Of a stretch of 64,000 nt of DNA, positions 37,549-52,024 are shown in pieces. The stretch is from contig OX597832.1 of NCBI GenBank assembly GCA_951406725.2, forward strand, positions 11,532,001-11,596,000, written 5' to 3'. The translations under genes and the position numbers were made by a program. Source of the stretch: Octopus vulgaris (lineage: Eukaryota). Numbering within the stretch: position 1 is the stretch's first letter; each line of letters opens with the position of its first letter. The notes beneath the pieces were generated by a model. That model saw only the letters and a list, made by a program, of their open reading frames with translations, was not told the DNA's origin and did not search any database.

Positions 37549-39602
37549 GATACATATATATCAAAACAGGAATCTAGAAAAGTTATTGTTATTATTTATT
37601 CACCATCACAGATGTTTCATTTGTGAAAACGAATAGTTGGATAAATATGTTGGATAAACATGGAAGAAATTTCTAATTAGAATTTCTTAAGATAGAGAAT
37701 CAGACAGTACAATACCTACAACAAATAAGTTCAGGATTGTTATACTAGAATAAGCCGATTTACTTCAAGAGGATGCCGAGTGGAATTTGTGTATACTTAC
37801 ATATATATAATGTAAATAATGCACACACTCACACACATATATACTATGTATACATAGATATATACATATATGTATAATGCACATACATACACGCATACAT
37901 GTATATGCTATTTATTCAGGCTAAATTTATAAGAGGCAATCTTCAGGCACCTGTGTTATTTTCTATATGTGAAGTAATTTCGGAAAGCGAACATTCTTTT
38001 AATTAAATACCAAAAGAAATTTAAAGAAAAATAAACACAATTGAAGTATGATATATATCTTGTTCTTGTATTGTGCATAAGCTCTATATATTGCTTGATC
38101 CCTCGCAGAGGGAGTCCTTTATGAATTTGTAGAATGATTTTAAATGGGCTGTTATTATCTTTATATAATCAGGGAAATAACGGGAAAATGTTTTTATGTA
38201 ACATCTAACCTATTAATTGATTTATCAAGAATCATCGATTAATTGTAACGAGTAATTATATAATACTTGTGTTAGTAATACAAGAAGGTGTCGATAGATG
38301 TTGGTCAAGCGATAAAGAAATAATATATTACGGGAAAATAATTTCAAGTATATAGATATAGAGGTGGAAGTAGGCCTGTACAGTAAAGATGTGAGTCGGC
38401 ATTCAGTAATGGGAATATTCATATTGTACTTAACTGCAACATCAAGCCGAGCCGGTTTTTTGCGAGGGGAGCAACGGAAAATGATCAGATGATAAATTAT
38501 AACAGTCTTTGAGATCAATCCTCCGCTGTTAAAGAAGGATCGGAGACGCATCGTTTCATTCTTTTACTGCGTGAAAATTAAATTTAAAAAAAAATTGAGT
38601 TCAGTGTATCGGAATAGATGTTTTATGAACAACAAGCTTTTCTAAGAGTAAAAACGAAAAAGTATAATATTTCAAATTGAAGTTAATAATTCTTCGCTTG
38701 CTTGGCACTCGAGAAAGAAGGCTCAATATTTTGCAGAAAGATTCGTATATTGATTCCCAAGTGTTTGTCGGATCGTTCAACAAATACCATATCTAATTAA
38801 TAATAGCACTCAGGCAAACAAAAATGTCGTCCAGTATCCCGAATGTTTCGAAGCTTAAAATTGCTTTGTAAGATTGTGTATCATGTGATAATTGACTTGC
38901 GTTTGGCCGATGACTTTCTTTATAGATAGCTTCAGTAGTACAAAGCTTATATTTCATACTTTCATTGCTTCTGAACTACAAGTCTTGACTGAAATGTTTT
39001 GAATTCGGTTAGCTATTACGTGTATTCAAGACAGTTGCAATGACGAGCGTGAGCAGGAAGGCGCTATCTTTCGGCATTCATCAATGCATACACACATACA
39101 TACATATATATATGTACAGATAGATAGAGGGATCGATCGACAGACAGGTGAACAGACGTATAAAAATTCATGCATAGGTAGACAGAGAAACAGATAGAAA
39201 GGTAGGTAGACTGCTAAATAGATAGATAGATAGATAGACTGACAAACAGATAGATAGATAAGTAGATAGATAGATAGACAGACAAACACAGAAAGATAGA
39301 CAATTTGATAGCTAGATACATACACATACATGGATACATAAATAAATATGTAGGTATATAGTGAAATGGGTCACTAGATAGATAGACAGACAGACAGATA
39401 GACAGACAGACAAGCAGATATATAGTTAGTTAGATAGAGAGGGAGGGAGAGATAAACGGAGAGCTAGACAGACAGGGAGACAGACAGACAGACATATAGA
39501 TAGATACATACATACATAATCATACTGTATTATATTGCTAATTACGGATGACTTTCTATATATTAAATATTACTATCTACTGAAATATTATGCACATAAA
39601 TA

Positions 39603-39650
<48 letters not shown>

Positions 39651-39786
39651 CAAACACACACACACAAATACATACACAGTCAATCGCGCACGCAAACACC
39701 AAAATGTGTAGATATATATGCATAGATATATATGTCTGAGTATGTACGAGAGTCGATGCTTATGTATACATATATGTATGCATATA

Positions 39787-39827
<41 letters not shown>

Positions 39828-40104
39828 CATTTCAACAGAGAGACTGCTGAGACAGAAAGAGAGATTGAAAAACAGAGAATGACAAATAGACTCTGCCCGT
39901 AATACAATTGTAAAACTGCTTCAGTAATCTCATTTCCATAATCGTTTCGTCAATCAGTTCTGCTGAAGACAGTTTTACAGCAATTTCTACAATCGTATTC
40001 TTTATTCTTGAAATGTAAAGATTGCTAATCTTCCAAATCTCAATACTGCTGACAATCTGCATTGTATGATTAGTTAATAATTATAACCGCACTACAGATA
40101 CCGC

Positions 40105-40860
40105 CGCTGTTGCTGTTGCTGCTGCTTCGTCTGCTGCTGCTGCTACTGATGATGTTGGTGTTGGTGGTGGTGGTGGTGGTGGTGATTATGATGATGTTGA
40201 TGATGAGGAGGAGGCTGTTGATGACAATAATGATAATGACGATGTTGGTGTCGATGATGACAACGACCGCGACGATGATGAGTGTTGATATTGATCATAA
40301 CGATGATGACGGCGACAACGACGAGAATGATGATAATGATGATGATGATGATGTTGATGATGATGATAACAACGACTAGGATGATTATGATGATGTTGTT
40401 GATGATGATGATGAGGTCGATGACGACGATGTTGATGACGATGATGATCATGATCAGCATGAACATGATCATGATGACAACGACGATGATTACGACGACG
40501 ATGAAGAAGACGCTGACAATGATGATGATGTTGATGACGATGACAACGATGATGATAATACTATTCTGAATGATCGTGATGATGATGATGACGATGATGA
40601 CGACAACGACGAGAATGATGATGATGTTGTTGATGATGATGATGATGTCGATGACGACGTTGTTGATGACGATGATGATCATGATCAGCATGAATATGAT
40701 CATGATGACAACGACGATGATGCCGACGACGATGAAGAAGACGCTGACGATGATGATGATGATGTTGATGACGATGACGACGACGACGATGTCAATTATG
40801 ATGACGATGATAATGATGATGACGATAACGACGACGATGATTATGATACTATTCTGGAGA
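40105..40860. repeat. Degenerate (GAT/GAC)n array with higher-order duplication
   Basis: Block gatcatgatcagcatgaa...gaagaagacgctgac...atactattctg occurs twice (about 40380-40568 and 40610-40857). Confidence 0.9.
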
Positions 40861-41229
40861 AGAAGACTGATAATTACGCAGATAAAAGTTCCTGAAAATT
40901 AGAAAGGATTTAAGGTAAAATATTCGACGTTCGGTGGACAAATGAGCGGGGATTTTATATATTTACTATGTTTTTTATATTGTTTTGAGAATGGTGGAGG
41001 TTGTGTTGGGGGAGGTGGTGGTGATGGCATCATATGCCTTTGATGCGAGTTTTACGTGCATAAAATAAAAAGATGCTTATGATGAGGAGGAGAAACGTTG
41101 CTTGCTTTGGTTAGGGTGAAATATTAATCGCGAAAGAAATTGGTCAGGATGATTAGTAATTTCGATAATGCTGAAGAATGAGTTTGATTACCATATGGCG
41201 ATTAAATCGATTTACATAAAACATAGAAC

Positions 41230-41485
41230 AATTATCGTAGTTGTCGGCGTCGTCATCGTCGCCATCCTCTTTTTGCCATCCTGATCGCCATTACCATCAC
41301 CGTCGTCATCATCATCATCATCGTCATCATCATCATCATAGAATATCATTTCATTATTATTCTTATTGTTATTATCATTATCATCATCATCATCATCATC
41401 ATTATCAACATCAACATCACCATCATCATTATCATCATCATCATCATTATTAACATCATCATTATTATCATCATCATACAATATT

Positions 41486-41540
<55 letters not shown>

Positions 41541-41592
41541 TTTTATTACTATTATTGTTATAATAATAATTATTACTATTATTATTATTACC

Positions 41593-41631
<39 letters not shown>

Positions 41632-41757
41632 GTTATTATTATTATTATTATTATATCATTATTATTGTTATTTTTTTTGATGTTATTGTTATTATTATTA
41701 TGATTATATCATTATTATTGTTATTTTTGATGTTAATGTTAATTACATCTATTAGCA

Positions 41758-41834
<77 letters not shown>

Positions 41835-41850
41835 TTGTGTGTGTGTGTGT
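41230..41850. repeat. (CAT)n, (ATT)n and long (TA)n tracts
   Basis: Direct inspection. Confidence 0.92.
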
Positions 41851-42419
41851 TTTAATCTTTATTCCGCTGCCGTGATTATTATTCATGACGATAATGGCGA
41901 TGACTACGGCAACGATGAAAACGACGACTACGATTTTTTAACGATGATGACGATGAAAGTGAGGAGGTCGATCTAGGACATGAAGTTGATGACCAGGGAA
42001 ATGATTTATACGATTTGGTCCCACGGTTGTAGCTGTCATCGCCACCGTCGCTGCGGTCGATGTTATCCTAGATGATAATGATAATGATGGTCACGATGAC
42101 GATAATGATAATGATGCTCACGGTTAGGATGAGGTTGGAGAGGATGAGAATAATGATAGAAAGGAAGATGGTGATATGTATTTTGCCATGGACATTTGTA
42201 ATGCTGGTTGTGATGGATAGGGTAGCATTAATGAATATGATGATTATAAAATTCACATGAAATTAACGATTGTAATCATGATTGCTATGCTTGTTGTTGT
42301 TGTAAATGAATGAGAAGGGCAAAGCGACAAGGGCAACGACGTCTCCGCCGTCGTATTTGATGTGGACTTTATTAAGGCGGAAATGATGACGACGATGGTG
42401 TTGAAATAGTCGTACTGTT

Positions 42420-43260
42420 TTTGATAATAATGAGGACGGTGGAGATGATGGTGGTGGTTGTGGTGGTGATGATGAGGATGATGATGATGATGATAGTGGC
42501 GATGTTGGTGATGGTGATGGTGGTGGTGGTGGTGATGAGGATGATGATGAGGATGATGGTGATGGTGGTGATGATGATGATGATGAGGAGGGTTAGGTGG
42601 TGGTAGTGGTGATGATGATGATACGGATGATGAGGATGATGGTGGTGGTGATGATGATGATGATGAGGAGGAGGGTTAGGTGGTGGTAGTGGTGATGATG
42701 ATGATGGTGGTTGTGGTGGTGATGATGATGATGAGGAGGAGGAGGAGGGTTAGGTGGTGGTAGTGGTGATGATGATGATGAGGAGGAGGAGGGTTAGGTG
42801 GTGGTAGTGGTGATGATGATGATGGTGGTTGTGGTGGTGATGATGATGATGAGGAGGAGGAGGAGGGTTAGGTGGTGGTAGTGGTGATGATGAGGACGAT
42901 GGTGATGGTGGTGGTGATGATGGTGATCATGATGGTGGTGATGATGATGGTGATCAGGAGGCAGAATGACAACGGGGATGACGTTGATGAGTCAGCGTCG
43001 TCAATATCATCTTTCTTTCGTCTTCTTCTTCATTATCATGCACGTTTTCGTGAACATGAATACTAGAATGATGATGAAAATGAGGATCTGTTAATGATGA
43101 CGATAGTGATGATGATGATGATGGCGATAGTGATGATGATGATGGTGAGGATGATGATCATGATGGTGAGGATGATGATGATGATGATGGTGAGGATGAT
43201 GATGTCGACGACGATGATGATGATGAGGAGGAGGAGTAAAAGCAGGATGTTGATATTGTT
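42420..43260. repeat. (GAT/GGT/GAG)n array with five copies of gaggagggttaggtggtggtagtggtgatgatg
   Basis: Unit recurs near 42585, 42668, 42743, 42786 and 42860. Confidence 0.9.
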
Positions 43261-43431
43261 GGTAATCAATTTCGTTTATGCATTAGAATATTGGTTTAGA
43301 GTTTCGTGTATATAAATATATTTGTGTGTGTGTGTGTGTATGTGTATGTTTTTATTTCCGTCTGTATGTGCATACGTCTCTGTGTGTGAGTGTGTAGAAG
43401 AAAAGAAGACATAAAAATGTAGATAGATAGT

Positions 43432-43563
43432 CATATATATATATATATATATATATGGGTGTATATGTGTATATATGTATATATATATATATATGGGTAT
43501 ATATGTATATGTGTATATATGTATATATATATGGGTATATATGTATATGTGTATATATGTATG

Positions 43564-43602
<39 letters not shown>

Positions 43603-43870
43603 GTGGATATATGTATGTATATATATATATATATATATGTATATGTGTATATATGTATGTATATATATATATATATATGTATATGTGTATATATGTATGT
43701 ATATATATATATATATAATGTGTATATGTGTATATATGTATGTATATATATATATATATAATGTGTATATGTGTATATATGTATGTATATAAATATATAT
43801 ATATATATATATCTGTATACATTTATATGTATATATATATATACACACATGTATAAATATACATATACAG
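43432..43870. repeat. Compound (TA)n/(TATG)n minisatellite
   Basis: Direct inspection. Confidence 0.92.
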
Positions 43871-44025
43871 GGCAAATGTTTCATATAGATCTATATGTCA
43901 TGTCTATATTTACACCCACAGACACACACACGCACATGAATATATGTGTAAATGTATACGTGTACTTTTGAGAATATAGAAAATATTAATATAAATATAA
44001 TACACACACACACACCAGACAGACA

Positions 44026-44093
<68 letters not shown>

Positions 44094-44624
44094 TACACGC
44101 ATGTGCGTATTCTTTTATTACGCATGTATTTACATACGCACACAAATACATGCATACACTCATATACGTATATGTGTATGTATGAATGTATGTAGGTATG
44201 CAATGAAATATTGATGATAATATCACAAATGTTAACGTAAGATAAATCTAAAGATTATGGGGGCACATTGTGTTTATCTGTAAGACCTTAATTAACATAA
44301 TCACGAAAACTTTAAGCAAGAGATGGGGGGAAGTCATAAGAAGGGTACCATCGGGTGAAGATATGTAGGACTCTAAATTAATGAGATATAAAATCGATAG
44401 TGGTTGGGAACGTAATTATAATGACTTAATGAATAATACTAATAATATTTCAATTAATACCATTACTGCTAGCGCTACTAATGATAGTACCATAACTACT
44501 ACTAATATTTATGTTGATATTAAAAGTGTTTACAATAATGATAATAATATTAAGTATTATTATTATTATTATTGTTATTATTATTATTGATTTGGCTCAG
44601 GTTTGTTCTTATTCTGTTAGAATT

Positions 44625-44790
44625 TATGTGGCAAGCGGGTTAGTGCTTATAACCTTGGATATCCACAAGTTTTCAAAAGGTTTGAAGGAATTTGGAGCAG
44701 AGTGCCCTACAGAAAGTAAGACATTCTATAGAAAGTTTGACTCTAAAGTTTGCCCTTAAAATTATCAGGAGGGTTTTAAAAACCTCACAC
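44625..44790 (+). mobile_element. Decayed R4/Dong-like C-terminus
   Basis: KGLKEFGAECP and KIIRRVLKT after a (TTA)n tract. Confidence 0.35.
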
Positions 44791-44847
44791 CACTGTCCCA
44801 TCCACATTAATTTTCTGAGCATGTTTTACCCTTTTGTCATTCCCAGT

Positions 44848-45237
44848 TTATTCTTTTATTTGTTTCAGTCATTTGACTGTAGCCATGCTGGAGCACCACC
44901 TTTAGCCGAACGAATCGATCCCATGACTTATTCTTTGTAAGCCTAGTACTTACTCTATCGGACTCTTTTGACGAACCGCTAAGTTACGAAGACGTAAACA
45001 CAACAGCATCGGTTGTCAAGCGATGTTGGGAGGACAAGCACAGAATATAAACTTTTAAATATATACATATATACGACGGGCTTCTTTCAGTTTCCGTCTA
45101 TCAAATCCACTCACAAGGCTTTCGTCGGCGCGAGGCTATAGTAGAAGAAACTCACCCAAGGTGCCACACAGTGGGACTGAACCCGTAACCATGTAGTTCG
45201 TAAGCAAGCTACTTACCACACAGCCACTCCTGCGCCT
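44848..45237 (-). mobile_element. Full-length SINE family B
   Basis: Ends accacacagccactcctgcgcct; collinear with 29466-29870. Confidence 0.92.
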
Positions 45238-45240
45238 ATA

Positions 45241-46390
45241 AGTTTCTCCAACATATTTCTCAAACCTGGTTCTTTGTACAGCCTATGCCCATTCAACTAC
45301 TGGGGTGATCCTTACTCTCTTCAATGCCCACATTCGGGCAATTTTGTCTTTTAGTAGCATGTATTTTCACTTTGTTCCTCTTATTTGTTACGCATGCCTG
45401 CGTCCTCAATTATGGCAGTATCTACAATATTAGCTCCTTTCTTTTGATCCACAAGAATTTCTGGTCTCCAAGCAACAGTCACTGAATCACAGTGGATGGT
45501 AAAATCCGATAAAATCATATTCTTGGTGACGCCTTCAGTTTTATGTTCGCAGCATTTCTGCGTTCTTTCAACAACGTATTTCTCACGCAATCTCCACTGA
45601 ACAAACTTAGGCAAATTATCATGCCTTTTCTGCATTCCTTTTTTTGTCAGTTTGCCACAGAAGCGTGGGAGTGTTTCATTTTTGCTGCCACACACCTTGC
45701 GAAGGGTTAATACACTGCTCTTAACTATTTGGAAGCTTGTATAATTAGCTTTCAGAGTTTGTTTCTAGGCGCTGCATATCAGACTCATTTTCACCAGGTA
45801 TCGTGTTTCTATATAAAACAACGACAAAGAAAGTTTCAGTCTGTTATTTGTAGTTTTCCTCTTTGAGAACAGAGATCATTCCTCCAATGACACCTTTTCC
45901 TCCCTTGTTTCTAGACACAAGCAGTTCCTTGTTCCTTGTTATTATTTTCCTGGTTTTTCTATCCATTTCCTGAAGCTCATTCTTTGTCCTCCTAAAAACA
46001 CCTGCACAGTATCACATTAAGAAAACAACCCAAGTATTCATTGCCCTGATCTTGTTCTTTCCATTGTGTCTACTTTCCATAATTAATTTAGTTCTTCTGA
46101 GATATTCTCGCCTAAAGCTTTCCTTTACTTCACGCACTAATATTTTTCAGAATCCAAAATACTTAGATACTTATATCTATCCATCGCAACATCCATCTCT
46201 CGACATTGGGTAATTCTACATCATCAGATGGCATTATTTCGCCATTTTTTATGATAAACATACACATATTTTAATCACAAATTACATCCCGATACTCTTA
46301 CTGAGTACCGGCACCGTTGAAACTTACCGAAAATCTTTAAGGTACTTTTCTCAAATTTTCAAATTGTATTCCGATGTCGCTTTCCCTAAT
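45241..46390 (-). mobile_element. R4/Dong-like LINE relic (RT end, zinc knuckle, RLE)
   Basis: ORF 45381-45695 CGSKNET...KRHDNL...DFTIHCD...RPEILVD...IVDTAI; upstream SKSIGM*F and VELPN fit the RT C-terminal part. Confidence 0.82.
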
Positions 46391-46391
46391 A

Positions 46392-46850
46392 GCTACGCGA
46401 GGTGTTGTTAGCACCGGGAAGGGGGGAGGGCAGCGAAATGCATCGCGGTATCTCGTCCGTCTTTACCTTATGAGTTCAAATCCTGCCGAGGTCGACGTTG
46501 TCTTCTATCCTTTCGGGCTCGATAAAAAATGTACCGCTTGAGTACTGGGTCGATGTAATCGACTACCCACAATTTTCAGGCCTTATACTATAGTAGAAAG
46601 GATTATTACTATTATTGTTATTGTTGTTCTTATTATTTAATCGAAGGCATGCTAGAATCGGTAGCGCATCACGAGATACTTAGCAGCATTCCTTCTGTTT
46701 TAAAGATCTGTGTTCAAATTTCGCAAAGATAGACTTCCCTTTTACCACTTTTGGGTCGATAAAATAAGTACCATTTTGAGCACTGGAGTCGATAACATCG
46801 ACCCAGTCGCAGAAATCGGTGGCTTTGTGTGCCAAAATTTGAAATCATCA
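46392..46850 (+). mobile_element. Two tandem SINE family C copies (46392-46612, 46645-46850)
   Basis: Two B-box plus gtcgataaaa..gtacc cores. Confidence 0.8.
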
Positions 46851-47502
46851 CCTTGATATTAACTTATCTGGATTGAAATGCTTGAATAAATAAAACCCTA
46901 TCTGAATAAATATTTTATGTATTATGCTGATATTTTTTACTGGACGAATTATGTGAAAATCAGAAATGTATACAGCAATAGATAGCGATGTGTTATATAT
47001 AGATTTGACAGTACATATGACATTACTGTTCTATGATAATCCAGAGATTATAACACAAAATGAAGATGATATTTGAAGATTATGTTAAGCTACTTGAAAT
47101 CCGCAAAAACTTTCTCCAACGTCATACAGGCTTAAAATAATACATCGATGCGGAAATATGTGTACAACGATACAAAGAATAGCCGTTAGAAAATGGAAAG
47201 CAAATATTCAATCACACTTACAGCATAAAAATAAACAGCAATAGAGGATATGGTTGAGGATATTAGAAACCGAAGGTAAATATGAGAGCTGCAAATTATT
47301 TCGCAGTTCTGCGAAATATAGAAAATATAATAGCACAGTTGACAGTAGTAACAATAGTGTTCATAACGAGAGTACAACTACTGCTAACTTAGAACTTATC
47401 CATAACAATATTAATAGAGTCGATGTTGCGAATCTGTGGCAAAGCATGTTTTCATTTAAAACGCATCTGATTTTAGTTGTTGTAAGAACACTTTGGAGAA
47501 AA

Positions 47503-47700
47503 TGAATGGAGCTAGAAGAGCATATATCGATAGCACGTTGAGAAAATGCTTAGCAGTCTTTGGACCATCTCTAAATTCTTAAAGGAAAATTCAACCGCAG
47601 TCTACTTTGACTTTCAGCGTTTCAGGTTTGATAAAATAAGTACCAGACCCAACTCTCCTCTCAGAAACTTGTTACTCTGTGCAAAGATTTCAAAACGATT
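47503..47700 (+). mobile_element. SINE family C, decayed
   Basis: aaaatgcttagcag...tttgataaaataagtaccag. Confidence 0.65.
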
Positions 47701-47794
47701 ACCACCATCACCACCATCACCATCATCACGATCATCACCATCATCTCCAAAATCACCATCATCAGTACCAGCAGCAGTAGTGCTATTATTATTA

Positions 47795-48070
47795 TTATTG
47801 TTATCATTATAATTTAAGTTTGACTTTTGCTTTGTTGTCTCCAAGTCTCAGCCCCTTTTGATATTATTCCTAGGGCACATATGACAACTGGTTTTGTTTT
47901 AGTCTTGAGGTTCCATATTTTGTCAATTTCTAGTTCAGAATCCTTATACTTGCTCAGATTTTGGTAGGTCTTGACAGATGCATTTATGTCGATTGGGACA
48001 GTCATATCAATGGGGATGCATGATTTTTGTTTGAAGTCATTCAATATAATGTCTGGCCTATTCACATCTT
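47795..48070 (-). mobile_element. R4/Dong-like RLE endonuclease fragment
   Basis: ORF 47814-48065 NRPDIILND...IDMTVPIDIN...SKYKD.ELEI.KIWNLKT...PVVICALG (PD..D motif). Confidence 0.9.
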
Positions 48071-49109
48071 CTGCCTTCAGTTTAAGTAGTTATGTTCAGT
48101 GTTGGATTAATTGTGGGTAAATACATGACATGATAGAAGGCCTTAAAAACTACTTTAATATCTTTCCAACACCATTTTTCGTTTCTTTTGCTTCAGTTAT
48201 TTTGATGACGAGCGTGGATGGCATCCTGTTGGATATTCCGGTTGTAGGGTACTTCCAGCTCCTTTGTTTCTGGAAGATTTGAACTAGCAACTGATTTTTC
48301 GAACCCAGTCTAGTTTCTCACTGGGGCACACGGCTCTTGTTGACCGGTGATGGATGATCCGGTTTCTATTTTCTTTGTTATCATTGAGGTATGACGAGCT
48401 TCAACGTTGACATTAGGAGACATATCTGTCCATTTAGGGTTAATATTTTGAGACAACACCGCATCTGAGTTCGCTGCCTGAAAACATTGCTCGTAAAGTA
48501 GCTTCTGAATGCTATCAGATCTGTATTCGACAGTGACTATTTTTGTTTTATTTATATATTTATCTCCAGGCATAGTTTTTTTGTGGTATTTTTAAACTTA
48601 TGAATTTTTCACTCAGTGCTAGTTCAAAAAAGAAAATAAATTATTTTGTTATTTTCTTTTGCTTCGTTTGTGACAGGTGCTTTAATATGCCTGTATGTGT
48701 GTCCTGTAAATTTCACGGAGTTGTGTAGACATTGGGTTGTATGCATAGTCCTACGGGTATTGAAATGTATATATGATTGTGTAGACATTCGAGTGTATGC
48801 GTAATTAATCAATTTACGTACTTACTGTTTTGTTCCACTTATATTTTATAATTTGTAAACTTTCCGATGTTGATTTCGCGTGTGTCTTTCGCACATGTTT
48901 CACTGCGATATCCTGCATTAGAGAAACTGTGCTTTCTATAGCAGTAAAATTTGTTTTTTGAGATTATTTTCGTTAAAAGGCCGCTTCCTGCAAGTCTTCC
49001 ACAGGTTCTTTTATCCCATTCTACCAATTTAATTAGATTAGATTTATTTTTGAATGGAGCCTCCCAGTGTATCATTTCCATGTTGTTATTCAGCGCGGAG
49101 CTTTCCGTT

Positions 49110-49221
49110 ACAATGTACATGATAACATTTCCAATCAGTTAAGATGAGAACCCATGAGAGCCACTGCCTGATACTGCATCAGGGCATTGCGAGCAACAGT
49201 CTGGTACTGCAACAGGGCATT
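49110..49221 (-). repeat. Fragment of the 58810-59356 interspersed repeat with duplicated end
   Basis: Reverse complement matches 58810-58885; terminal about 20 nt duplicated; (TAA)n-flanked. Confidence 0.8.
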
Positions 49222-49257
49222 TATTACTATTATTATTATTATTATTATTGCTCCTAA

Positions 49258-49482
49258 ATCGACGAGGTTGCAGATTCGTTAACGTGCCAGAAAAATACAT
49301 CATGACATTTGATACGGATCTTAACGTTCCGAAGACAAAGCTCAACGAGATCAATTCTGTTTTTCTATCCGTTCAAGATCAAGAGAATAAAATACCAGTA
49401 AAATAATATGTCTGCTGTTACTTGACCATACGTCTCCCCTAAACCTGCAGGTTTTGAGTCAAAATTTCAAAGAATTATCATT
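49258..49482 (+). mobile_element. SINE family C, decayed
   Basis: gcagattcgttaacgtgcc head; aataaaataccag core. Confidence 0.55.
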
Positions 49483-50048
49483 ATTTTTTTATTTAATTGT
49501 TACTAGGTAACGTAATGTTCTTAAGACCATGTCATTCGTCGCAATGTCACATTACGTGCTTACATTCACATACCTAAATCAGTATTCACGTAATCTATTA
49601 GATGTGTGCAATTACACGTGCTCCCTCGCAAACAACAGGAACACGACAGTCAACAGCTTTTTTCATCAGAACAGCATCTTGAATATATTAAGCAGCAAAT
49701 TTTTCTTTGCTCGTTCTAAACTTTAAACTTTCTAGCATTTTCTATTTTTACGACCTTTTACACTGCTTTCGCAAATTCCTGAAAATGTGCGTGTATTATT
49801 TTTTGCTGTTATTCGTTCACGTCATACTGTTCTCGTTTCTGTTTTTTTTATATTATTATTACTGATCTCGTTTCTGTTTAGATTTCTTTTTTCGATGTAT
49901 ACAAATCTTTAAAAATTTTGTCTTTCTGTCACATGTAGAAAATGTGCCTAAACACAAAAGGAAGACATAAAAAATATACAGCAACGAAATAAAAATTTCC
50001 GCATTCTCAATGAAGAATAGATATGCATGTTTGTGCGTGTCTTTCTAT

Positions 50049-50098
<50 letters not shown>

Positions 50099-51102
50099 TG
50101 CAGAGACAGGCGCAGAGATAGACATAGTTATTTTGACATCACATACACAGACAACACACTTAGACACACACACTCACGCACAATACTCCACTATATATAT
50201 ATATATATATGTACGTACATATGTGTGTATGTATATATATATATATATATATGTACGTACATATGTGTGTATGTATGTATATATATATATGTACGTACAG
50301 ATGTGTGTATATATATATATATATATATACACACAGATATATACACAGATATATACATATATATATGTGTGTGTATGTGTATGTGTGTGTGTGTGTGTGT
50401 GTTTGAATACGGACACGCCAACACGTACATACACATTCGTGATAAGTAAACATTTGCAATCTTGGATACCGAATTGTTTCTCTTCGTAAAAGCAATCTTA
50501 AAACCAATCGTTTATTTTTCTTTGCAAACGTACACATTACCCGGCACTTTTGGTGCTAGTACTTTTACATATTAACAGTATTTGGAAACTTTAGGCATTC
50601 AAAGTACACTTACTCAGGCATCACACACACAAACACAAACAAATACATGCACACACACGCATACGCACACAAAAGAATTTAGTTATATAAGTAATTTACG
50701 TTAACTTTCGGGAACTCAAGTTCATGCTGAGGGACATCAGATTTTTTAAACCGAATTTCATATTACAAGACTACATTAATCCGACTGAAAACATTCTTTA
50801 TCTATCAATGCCGTATCTGCGTGCCCATTTTTCGTTGTAGTTACTTACGTAACATATATGTGTGTGTATGCACATATACATGTATGCATACATACATACC
50901 TACACACACGCGCACAAACATATATACATATATTATTATTATTATGACGACGGCGATTGCTTCAGCTTGTCTGATGATAGCCGTCTCCCATTCAGCCTTA
51001 TTGTTCTGACTCACATTCATACAGGCATGCGTGGATGATATGACATCCTCATATGACTTTTCATTACACTCATCCAACGTCATAGAAACATAGGATTATG
51101 TA

Positions 51103-51376
51103 GTGGGTTGTCCGGAAAGTTCCACTTATTCAGGTATCTGCAGAATAGTCTTAATAGTAAAAATTTCAATTCCTTGGATGACATAAAAAGATACCTTTAT
51201 GAATTCTTTGCCATGAAACCACCTGAATTCTGGGAAGAGGAAGAGGGCATTTTCAAGTTGAAGGAAAGATGGAGATGCATTGTGCAACAAAATGGCTCTC
51301 AGTTGGTGCAATGGCAAGTATCTATTGACCTTATTCTTTCCTTTAAAAATGGGCACGAACTTTCCGGACAACCCAA
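51103..51376 (+). mobile_element. Internally deleted mariner element (274 bp)
   Basis: TIRs gtgggttgtccggaaagttc / gaactttccggacaacccaa, TA on both sides; FHLFRYLQNSL...FFAMKPPEFW...GIFKLKERWRCIVQQNG mariner C-terminus. Confidence 0.92.
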
Positions 51377-51968
51377 TAAAATACAAAATACAAATGGATT
51401 CAGAAATGAAATGATAGTGAAACCTCTTTATGCCATTGGATTATGTACAAATTTGTTTGTACATAAACTATTGTACCTTTGATGATAGGTACAAGTAAGG
51501 ATTCATGGTCAGTGTACGAGTGGTGTAAATTCTGCCTTAAATCGCCAAAAATGTTCTCTTTATTCTTGACGTTCGGTTGTATATTCACATCTGCTGTACA
51601 GCTTTTTTCCCTGTTCAACAGAACAATATCAGATCTGCTATTTTCGGAATAATTTTTATGTTCTTATTCTGGTATTTCACTACTCTTCCTTGTTTTTAAA
51701 GGTGACGTACGTATGTACAAATTCATATATGTACATGTGTATGTATCGAAATATTTGCTTCTCCAGACGTCTCTTTTTCCTGTTTATAATTTCTCACTCG
51801 CTTTTTATAAGCGTTTTCGTGCACTCGTTAACAAGGTGGGAGGAAAATCTACTTGGTTTAGTTGAAAATGTCTATGATATCGAACTGACAATACGCTACC
51901 AACATATGAAACTGAAATTCATCACTAAACGAGCGAATGATTCTGCATTATTGGAATTCTATGCAGAA

Positions 51969-52024
<56 letters not shown>

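Noticed and set aside
40143-43315. Poly-Met/Ile/Val ORFs and regular repeats that might suggest a CRISPR-like array
   Set aside because: Trinucleotide arrays with no constant repeat and unique spacer structure; eukaryotic context
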